A DNA stretch of 32,000 bases from Delftia acidovorans NBRC 14950 (GTDB lineage Bacteria > Pseudomonadota > Gammaproteobacteria > Burkholderiales > Burkholderiaceae_C). A program made the position numbers and the translations under genes. This document shows positions 26,376 through 32,000 of the stretch, in pieces. The notes beneath the pieces are model-generated. The model was not told where the DNA came from. It made no database searches and saw nothing but the letters and a program-made list of their open reading frames with translations. The stretch spans positions 300,001-332,000 of the forward strand of contig NZ_BCZP01000005.1 in assembly GCF_001598795.1 (NCBI RefSeq), written 5' to 3'. Within the stretch, counting starts at the first letter, position 1, and each line of letters starts with the position of its first letter.

Positions 26376-26888
26376 TCAGCAACTGCCGCCGGCAGGCAGC
26401 CGCTGCTGGCGCACAAGCCCGGCGCGAGTCACTCTCAGGCAGTGCATGCGCGTGGCATGGCGAGCCGTGACGGTCAGCGTGTACAGCGTGCTGGCGCCGG
26501 AGAACTGCCTGGCGGTCCCCGTGGTTTCGAACAGGACGCCCTGGGAAGAATCACCGGAGGGCGACACGGTCACGGCATCAGGCACCCAGGCCTCGCGCAC
26601 CAGTTGCCCCCCCGACTTGGCGGACCATGTCTGCCCCGTGCCCACGAAGCTGCTTTCCACCCGTTTGTAGACCGCTTCGGAGCGAGCCAGCTGCAGCAAC
26701 GACTGCAACTCGAGCGCAGCCGAGCTGACGCGCTGGTTGGCTATTTGGACGATGAAGGAAGGAGCGGCCAGAGCGGCCAGAATCGCGATCAGCGCCACCA
26801 CGACCATCATCTCGATGAGGGTGAAGCCACGGGGCCGTTGCCACCTGCCACCTGGACAGCCGTTGCGTGTGTAACCGGGATTTTTCAT
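26376..26888 (-). CDS. GspH/FimT(FimU)-family minor pseudopilin, first gene of the minor-pilin operon
   Basis: ...RPRG/FTLIEMMVVVALIAILAALAAPSF...ELQSLLQLARSEAV is characteristic of the FimT/FimU N-terminal region. Confidence 0.8.
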   Translation of the reverse strand: MKNPGYTRNGCPGGRWQRPRGFTLIEMMVVVALIAILAALAAPSFIVQIANQRVSSAALELQSLLQLARSEAVYKRVESSFVGTGQTWSAKSGGQLVREAWVPDAVTVSPSGDSSQGVLFETTGTARQFSGASTLYTLTVTARHATRMHCLRVTRAGLVRQQRLPAGGSC

Positions 26889-27296
26889 GCAAGCGTGCTT
26901 CTCGTTGGCGGGGGACCATGCGACAGGCCTGAAAGCCCTGCGCCATTGCTCTTGATTGATGTTTGCAATCGTAATTCAATGGCAATGCAAAACACCTATT
27001 GACACAGGTCATGGGACAAATATAGGACTTGTCTTATAAAAACCTGCGCAGAGCGCAACACCCCATCCAGCAAGCCCGGCCCGCCGTCCGCGCACGCAAG
27101 CTCGGCGGAACGGCCCGCGCGACGGGCATGGCCACGGTGGCGATACGGCAGATCCCGAAGTCAGGCAGGCAGGCCTCGCATCAAGCGCCTGAAAATCCAC
27201 GGCAGCATGAGCGGCCGCAATCCAGCCGCAGCGCGATTGGCCATGCGAATATCCCGTCTGCTTGCAGCCCGAGGAAGAAAAAGTTTTCGCCCAAAG

Positions 27297-27335
27297 CAAA
27301 AATCCCCAGAGCATTTCTGCTCTGGGGATCTTTTT
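27297..27335 (-). terminator. Intrinsic terminator of tRNA-His copy 1 (bidirectional architecture)
   Basis: ATCCCCAGAGC (27302-27312) pairs with GCTCTGGGGAT (27319-27329) around a 6-nt loop. It is flanked by an A-run on one side and a T-run on the other. Confidence 0.8.
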
Positions 27336-27338
27336 ATT

Positions 27339-27415
27339 TGGGGTGGCTGATGGGGCTCGAACCCACGACAACAGGAATCACAATCCTGGACTCTACCAAC
27401 TGAGCTACAGCCACC
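27339..27415 (-). tRNA. tRNA-His (anticodon GUG), copy 1
   Basis: The reverse complement folds as G(-1)+GTGGCTG acceptor, D arm GCTC-AGTTGGTA-GAGT, anticodon arm CAGGA-TTGTGAT-TCCTG, T arm GTGGG-TTCGAGC-CCCAT (G.U at the outer pair), discriminator C and CCA. TATAAT (27429-27434 on the minus strand) lies 13 nt upstream. Confidence 0.95.
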
Positions 27416-27627
27416 GTTGAAGCATTCGATTATATGCCAAAAACCAGCAGGCAAATGCTTTGGAACAGGCGTTACGTGACGGATCGGGAGCAGCAGGAAC
27501 AAAGGCGCATCGGGGGACGCGGGCAACGGGCATGATGCCGCCATCCTCCATGCAGCCGCAGCCGGCAGGAACCTTGCCCGGCGTCCCTGGAGCTTTCGGG
27601 GACAACCAGTCCCCCTGCCGCCCAAAG

Positions 27628-27666
27628 CAAAAATCCCCAGAGCATTTCTGCTCTGGGGATCTTTTT
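27628..27666 (-). terminator. Intrinsic terminator of tRNA-His copy 2
   Basis: Identical hairpin at 27633-27660 with flanking A and T runs. Confidence 0.8.
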
Positions 27667-27669
27667 ATT

Positions 27670-27746
27670 TGGGGTGGCTGATGGGGCTCGAACCCACGAC
27701 AACAGGAATCACAATCCTGGACTCTACCAACTGAGCTACAGCCACC
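27670..27746 (-). tRNA. tRNA-His (anticodon GUG), copy 2
   Basis: Sequence identical to copy 1. TAGAAT (27760-27765 on the minus strand) lies 13 nt upstream. Confidence 0.95.
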
Positions 27747-27819
27747 GTAGAAGAACGCTATTCTATTCCAAAAAACTGCTTGATTTCTGAAATTTCTGTT
27801 TTGCTAGAAATTTCTCTCA

Positions 27820-29715
27820 TCAGGGGCGCGGGACCTTGATCTGCACCTTGAGCTGTTTCTTGAGAAGCTCGTAGTATGCCATAGCTTCTGCGACCGCAGA
27901 GCTTCGCAGGAAGTCCTGCTTCTGCGCGGCAGCAGCCTGTGCATCATCGGCCGGGCGCTCGACGATGCGGTTGATCTTGACCACGGCATAGCCTTGGGCA
28001 CCCATGTCAACACCAGTCCAGGCAGGCAGCTGAGCGGTCGGTGCGCGCAGGGCGGCATCCACCACTTCGCGCGACAGGCCTTCGGGCTGGTCACGGCTGA
28101 TCACCTTGGCGGCAGGCAGTTGCGCCGCATCAGGCTTGGCCTTCCATGCGGCGAGCTTGGCCTCGCCATCGGCCTTGGCCAGTTCGGCGGACTTTTGCGC
28201 CACGTACAGGGTGCGCAGCTTGTCGCCGACCTCGGCCATGGGCAGCGTGCGGGCAGGCGTGTACTCCACCACACGGCCGGCCACCAACTGGTTGGAACCC
28301 AGCTCCACCGCATCGGTGTTGCGCTTGTTGTTCAGCGAATCGCTGGAGAACAACGCTTCCAGGAAGCGTGGATTGGCCAGGGGGCCCTTGACGTTGGGGC
28401 CGGGCTGGCGCGTCACATGGTCTGCCTTTTGCACGGTGAGCTTGAACTTCTCGGCCACGGGCTGCAGGCTGTCCGACTGTTCGTAGACGGCATTGGAGAA
28501 ACCTTCCGCCAGTTCGGCGAACTTGCGCTGGGCCTGCTGCTGCTTGAGTTCGGCTTCCAGCTTGGGACGCATCTGCTCGAAGCTCGGAGCCTTGGGCTTC
28601 TTGATGTCCACCAGCGAGATGATGTGGTAGCCGAAGTCGCTGTGCACCACGTCGCTGATGTCGCCGACCTTCATGCCGAAGGCTGCGTCCTCGAAGGGCT
28701 TGACCATGGCACCGCGGCCGAAGTAGCCCAGATCGCCACCCGATGCAGCGGAGCCACCGTCCTGCGAATTGGCCTTGGCCAGTTCGGCGAAGCGCTTGGG
28801 GTCCTTGCGCAGCTCGGCCAGCAGTTCCTCGGCCTTGGCCTTGGCTTTTTCCTGCTCGGCAGCAGGCGCATCCTTGCTTGCATTGATCAGGATGTGGCTG
28901 GCACGGCGCTCTTCGGGGCCGGCCAGGCGCTCGGCGTTCTGGTTGTAGTAGGAACGCACATCGTCTTCGCTCAGCGTGATGCCGGCCTCGATGCTGGGAA
29001 CGTCCAGCAGCAGGTATTCCACCTTGGCCTGCTCCGATTGCTGGAACTGGCTGGTGTGGGCATCGTAGTAGGCCTTGAGGTCTGCCTCGGTGGGCTGGAC
29101 CTTGCTGGCGTAGGCGCTGGCTTCAAAGCGGGCCACCTGCACTTCGCGGCGCTGGTACAGCGCATCGATAGCCTGCTTGACCTGGGTGTCGGTCGCAAAG
29201 GCCGTACCCGTCACGCCACCCATCACCTGGTTCATGGACAGCTCGCGGCGCAGGTTGGCCTCGAAGCCTTCAGGCGTCAGGCCCTGAGATCCGACCAGGG
29301 CACGGTAGGCCTCGGCATCCATCGAGCCGTCAGGCTTCTTGAGCGCGGCAATCGCGGGGATCTCCTGCAGCGTGCGCACCAGTTGCGCATCGGACGCTGC
29401 CAGGTGCATCTTCTGCACGGCGGCGGCCAGCACCTGGTCACGCACCATCTTCTCCAGCGTGGCGTAGCGCGCCTGCGGTGAGTCCAGCAGCTTGGGGTCG
29501 ATGTTGGGGTTCTCGGCGCGCAGGCGATCACTCTCCATGCGGTGCGCGTTCTCCCAGTCGGCCTGCTTGATCTCATGACCATCGACACGTGCGACGATGA
29601 CGCTGGACTCTGTGAAGTAGTTCTGGTTCACACCCACGAAGATGAACGAGGGAATGATCAGCAAGAACAACAAGATCATCACGAACTTGGAATGCTTGCG
29701 GATGGATTCGAACAT
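27820..29715 (-). CDS. ppiD: Periplasmic chaperone / peptidyl-prolyl isomerase PpiD
   Basis: [29 protein letters not shown]-terminal anchor, SurA-like N domain, and a parvulin segment (RRASHILI...[21 protein letters not shown]). The start is taken at 29715, not the ORF-track 29835, which would read through a tRNA fragment. Confidence 0.9.
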   Translation of the reverse strand: MFESIRKHSKFVMILLFLLIIPSFIFVGVNQNYFTESSVIVARVDGHEIKQADWENAHRMESDRLRAENPNIDPKLLDSPQARYATLEKMVRDQVLAAAVQKMHLAASDAQLVRTLQEIPAIAALKKPDGSMDAEAYRALVGSQGLTPEGFEANLRRELSMNQVMGGVTGTAFATDTQVKQAIDALYQRREVQVARFEASAYASKVQPTEADLKAYYDAHTSQFQQSEQAKVEYLLLDVPSIEAGITLSEDDVRSYYNQNAERLAGPEERRASHILINASKDAPAAEQEKAKAKAEELLAELRKDPKRFAELAKANSQDGGSAASGGDLGYFGRGAMVKPFEDAAFGMKVGDISDVVHSDFGYHIISLVDIKKPKAPSFEQMRPKLEAELKQQQAQRKFAELAEGFSNAVYEQSDSLQPVAEKFKLTVQKADHVTRQPGPNVKGPLANPRFLEALFSSDSLNNKRNTDAVELGSNQLVAGRVVEYTPARTLPMAEVGDKLRTLYVAQKSAELAKADGEAKLAAWKAKPDAAQLPAAKVISRDQPEGLSREVVDAALRAPTAQLPAWTGVDMGAQGYAVVKINRIVERPADDAQAAAAQKQDFLRSSAVAEAMAYYELLKKQLKVQIKVPRP

Positions 29716-29744
29716 GGTCTGTCGTCTTTCAATGGCAGAAATAG

Positions 29745-29770
29745 AAAAGGCGAACTTTCGTTCGCCTTTT
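29745..29770 (-). terminator. Intrinsic terminator downstream of the tRNA-Val fragment
   Basis: AGGCGAAC (29748-29755) pairs with GTTCGCCT (29760-29767) around a TTTC loop, with A and T runs on either side. Confidence 0.7.
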
Positions 29771-29775
29771 GTTCT

Positions 29776-29822
29776 TGGTGGGTGCTGACGGGGTCGAACC
29801 GCCGACCTACGCCTTGTAAGGG
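29776..29822 (-). pseudogene. 3' fragment (anticodon loop to CCA, 47 nt) of tRNA-Val(UAC); probable att-site repeat
   Basis: The reverse complement reads CC-CTTACAA-GGCGT-AGGTC-GGCGG-TTCGACC-CCGTC-AGCACCC-A-CCA. No upstream sequence can pair with the acceptor strand or the anticodon-stem 3' strand. Confidence 0.75.
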
Positions 29823-29993
29823 AAAATTCCACCATTACAAATCAATAGCTTACAGCGTCTACCAACTTCGTCCCACCAGCTTTAAGAGGTCGAAGCGAAA
29901 CATTCTACTTTCTCCAGCACATCAGCCTCCCGGTTCGCCGGGTCATATACGCCACAGCGCGGGAACGCGCTGACTTGAGGGGATCGCCGGTTA

Positions 29994-30009
29994 CTGTATA
30001 TTTATACAG
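29994..30009 (+). promoter_or_regulatory. LexA (SOS) box upstream of umuD
   Basis: CTGT-ATATTTAT-ACAG is a perfect CTGT-N8-ACAG palindrome. It lies 17 nt upstream of ATG 30026, inside an AT-rich promoter-like stretch. Confidence 0.85.
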
Positions 30010-30025
30010 CACAAGGAATTCGGCC

Positions 30026-30469
30026 ATGCCCCACCTCATCACCTCCTCACAACCAGTTGCGGTCACCATGCCGCTAACACCGCTGCCGGCCCCCAACAGC
30101 CCAGTGCGCGCTGGCTTTCCCAGCCCCGCCGAAGACTTCAGTTGTGCGCGCATCGATCTGGCCAAAATCATGGTCAAGCATCCCCAGTGCACGTTCCTGC
30201 TGCGCGTCCGCGGCGACTCGATGATTGGGGCAGGGATCTTCGACGGCGACCTGTTGGTGGTGGACAAGTACTTGCGCCCCCAGCATGGCGACATCGTTGT
30301 GGCTGAAGTTGATGGCGACTTCACATGCAAAAGATTCTGGGCCAGGTATGACCAGGTGATGCTCCGCGCCGAGAACCCCACATACCCAGACATCCGTGCG
30401 AAAGAAGGCCAACAGCTGGAGATCTGGGGCGTGGTGACGTGCGCCGTCAAGTCGTTCCGCTCATTGTGA
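30026..30469 (+). CDS. umuD: Translesion polymerase V accessory subunit UmuD (S24 LexA-like peptidase)
   Basis: AAGGAA RBS. Cleavage-site context VRAGFPSPAEDF (E. coli has QCGFPSPAADY), catalytic Ser in RGDSMIGAGI, and Lys in DFTCKRF. Confidence 0.9.
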   Translation: MPHLITSSQPVAVTMPLTPLPAPNSPVRAGFPSPAEDFSCARIDLAKIMVKHPQCTFLLRVRGDSMIGAGIFDGDLLVVDKYLRPQHGDIVVAEVDGDFTCKRFWARYDQVMLRAENPTYPDIRAKEGQQLEIWGVVTCAVKSFRSL

Positions 30470-30478
30470 GATCAGGCC

Positions 30479-31765
30479 ATGTTCGCGCTGCTGGACGGCA
30501 ACAATTTCTACGTGAGCTGCGAGCGCGTGTTCCGCCCGGCGCTCAAGGGCCTGCCTGTAATTGTCCTGAGCAACAACGACGGCTGCGCCATTGCCCGGTC
30601 GGAGGAAGCCAAGGCCCTCGGGATCAAGATGGGCGAGCCATTCTTTCAGATCAAGCACCGCATCCACCAAGGCCTTGTCGCCCTGTCCGCAAATTTCGTG
30701 CTGTACGGAGACATGAGCGACCGCATGATGTCCCTTGCCGCAGGCCTAGGGCCAGAACAAGAGATTTACAGCATCGACGAATGCTTTATCGGCCTTGCTG
30801 GCGTGCACGACGTGACACGCAGATCATGGGCAATCCGTGATCGCATCTTGCGGGGCGTGGGCATCCCCACGTGCATCGGCATCGGCCCCACGAAGACTCT
30901 GGCGAAACTTGCCAATCATGTGGCCAAGGACGCGGAGCGCAAGCCGGGCAGCTACCCGAAGGAGCTGGCTCAGGTGTGCAACCTCACTGAGCTACCAACT
31001 GCACAGCTTCGAGAATTGCTGGAAAGCACGCCTGTGGGTGATGTCTGGGGCGTTGGCCGACGAATCAAGATGCGCCTCTTGGATCACCAGATTTATACGG
31101 CATGGGATCTCGCTCAGGCACCACAGGCCCTGGTGCGCTCACACTTCGGCGTGGTCCTTGAGCGCACGGCGCGGGAGCTTCAAGGCACTTCATGCTTGGG
31201 TCTTGAGCACGAGCCGCCGCCAAAGCAGCAAATTGCATGCACGCGCTCATTCGGCAGACCAGTCACTGACCTCGCCCCGCTGATTGAGGCCGTATCGACA
31301 TTCGCGCAGCGGGCTGCCGAGAAACTGCGTGCGCAGAACAGCAGGGCCGGCGCCGTGCATGTTTTCGCGCATACCAGCCCATTTCGTGACGGACCACGGT
31401 TTGCCCGCAGCACCACCATCCAACTCCCACAGCCCAGCAGCGACACGGCGCTGCTGGTGCGTGCTGCAGCGCGCGGGATCGCCAAGATCTACGAGCCCGG
31501 CTATCAGCTCTCGAAGGCCGGCGTGATGCTGCTGGATCTCACCCCTGTTTCGATACAGCAAGCCTCATTGCTCGATGAGCCTAACGTCTATGCACGCGAC
31601 CACAGCCCCCTCATGGAGGCCATGGACCGACTCAACGAGCGCTATGGCAAGGGCACGTTGGGAGTGGCCAGCGCATTGCAGGTGGCCGGCTGGGGCATGC
31701 GCCAGGACCGCCGCACCCCCCGATACACCACGGACCTGCACGACATCCCCATCGCACGAACCTGA
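30479..31765 (+). CDS. umuC: Y-family DNA polymerase V catalytic subunit UmuC
   Basis: MFALLDGNNFYVSCERVFRPALKGLPVIVLSNNDGCAIARSEEAKALGIKMGEPFF is nearly collinear with the E. coli UmuC N-terminus. The start is 9 nt after the umuD stop. Confidence 0.9.
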   Translation: MFALLDGNNFYVSCERVFRPALKGLPVIVLSNNDGCAIARSEEAKALGIKMGEPFFQIKHRIHQGLVALSANFVLYGDMSDRMMSLAAGLGPEQEIYSIDECFIGLAGVHDVTRRSWAIRDRILRGVGIPTCIGIGPTKTLAKLANHVAKDAERKPGSYPKELAQVCNLTELPTAQLRELLESTPVGDVWGVGRRIKMRLLDHQIYTAWDLAQAPQALVRSHFGVVLERTARELQGTSCLGLEHEPPPKQQIACTRSFGRPVTDLAPLIEAVSTFAQRAAEKLRAQNSRAGAVHVFAHTSPFRDGPRFARSTTIQLPQPSSDTALLVRAAARGIAKIYEPGYQLSKAGVMLLDLTPVSIQQASLLDEPNVYARDHSPLMEAMDRLNERYGKGTLGVASALQVAGWGMRQDRRTPRYTTDLHDIPIART

Positions 31766-31778
31766 CCTGGAGATCGTT

Positions 31779-31994
31779 ATGAAAATGTCTCTCGAAGTTG
31801 AGCTTTATCCCACTTTGCTCACAATACCCCGTTGGTTCGGAACGCCAGAAGTGCAGATCCTGCCCGGCCTGCCTGAGCATTACTTCATAAATGAAGTGGA
31901 GCCCGGATGGTTTGTTGTGAGGGATCTAGACAATGACCTGATTTACAGCGGTCTCGGGCCAGTGTCTGTAGAACGTTCGCGAGCACCATTTTAA
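31779..31994 (+). CDS. Hypothetical small protein (71 aa), low-GC
   Basis: GGAG 6 nt before ATG 31779, and 13 nt after the umuC stop. Composition is normal (MKMSLEVELYPTLLTIPRWFGTPEVQILPGLPEHYFINEVEPGWFVVRDLDNDLIYSG...). I recognise no family. Confidence 0.5.
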   Translation: MKMSLEVELYPTLLTIPRWFGTPEVQILPGLPEHYFINEVEPGWFVVRDLDNDLIYSGLGPVSVERSRAPF

Positions 31995-32000
31995 GATGCA

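Larger units (their letters stand above)
27288..27748. repeat. Tandem 331-bp duplication carrying tRNA-His plus its terminator
   Basis: 27288-27417 is identical to 27619-27748 (130 bp). The intervening spacers are only patchily similar. Confidence 0.9.
29823..32000. mobile_element. Putative edge of an integrated element / genomic island (continues beyond the window)
   Basis: It starts exactly where tRNA-Val homology ends. GC is visibly lower than in the rest of the window. The cargo is umuDC plus a low-GC orphan ORF. No integrase is visible in the window. Confidence 0.45.

Noticed and set aside
27009-27702. ORFs 27009-27371 (-), 27029-27403 (+), 27161-27625 (-), 27460-27681 (+) and 27472-27702 (-)
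   Set aside because: They read through the tRNA-His genes and their terminators and have Arg/Pro/Ala/Cys-rich products. The locus is explained by tRNAs plus non-coding spacers.
27994-29481. 495-aa plus-strand ORF
   Set aside because: It is antisense to ppiD, and its product is Gly/Leu/Ala/His/Gln-rich with no motifs.
27820-29835. ORF-track start of ppiD at 29835
   Set aside because: The first 40 codons would be translated from the terminator and the tRNA-Val fragment. The canonical PpiD N-terminus MFESIRKH begins at 29715.
29776-29880. Attempt to fold a full-length, or intron-containing, tRNA-Val
   Set aside because: The 5' acceptor strand (GGGTGCT) and the 5' anticodon stem (ACGCC) are absent. 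A D-loop-like AGTTGGTAGA motif at 29858-29867 (minus strand), preceded by GGG, is intriguing. However, its spacing and pairing are wrong for a cloverleaf, and the intervening 33 nt does not resemble a bacterial tRNA intron. I therefore treat this as a 3' fragment only.
29905-30450. 181-aa minus-strand ORF
   Set aside because: It is antisense to umuD, which has the diagnostic S24 peptidase motifs and an SOS box upstream.

Overview
High-GC, densely coding chromosomal segment that looks betaproteobacterial (Comamonadaceae-like; this is an inference from gene content and composition). I found no rRNA, CRISPR array or recognisable transposase or integrase. Contents from left to right: (1) The distal part of a periplasmic copper-homeostasis operon: a TolC-like OMP fragment, a Tat multicopper oxidase, a cupredoxin, CopG/DUF411 and a CusF-like protein. 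(2) Core genes: an S58/P1 peptidase, an FAD monooxygenase, an 867-aa DUF1631-like protein, ettA, rhlE with a long RGG tail, and an M14 lipoprotein peptidase. (3) tRNA-Arg(UCU), then a LysR regulator divergent from two tandem isochorismatase-family hydrolases. (4) A module I cannot assign to any known family. It consists of two head-to-tail ~880-bp units. Each unit has an invariant 59-nt element, a diverged but structurally conserved ~225-nt leader ending in an SD-sequestering hairpin, and a 146-aa acidic protein. A fossil pilin 3' end lies between the two units. (5) The complete type IV minor-pilin operon (FimT/U-like, pilV, pilW, pilX, a 1501-aa pilY1, pilE) on the minus strand. (6) Two tandem tRNA-His genes, each with its own terminator. 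(7) ppiD. (8) A 47-nt 3' fragment of tRNA-Val(UAC), where composition drops and an SOS-box-controlled umuDC pair begins. This is probably the edge of an integrated element that continues past the window. The best candidate for something undescribed is the duplicated leader-plus-small-protein module at 17.77-19.44 kb. All long ORFs antisense to the called genes were rejected as high-GC artefacts.
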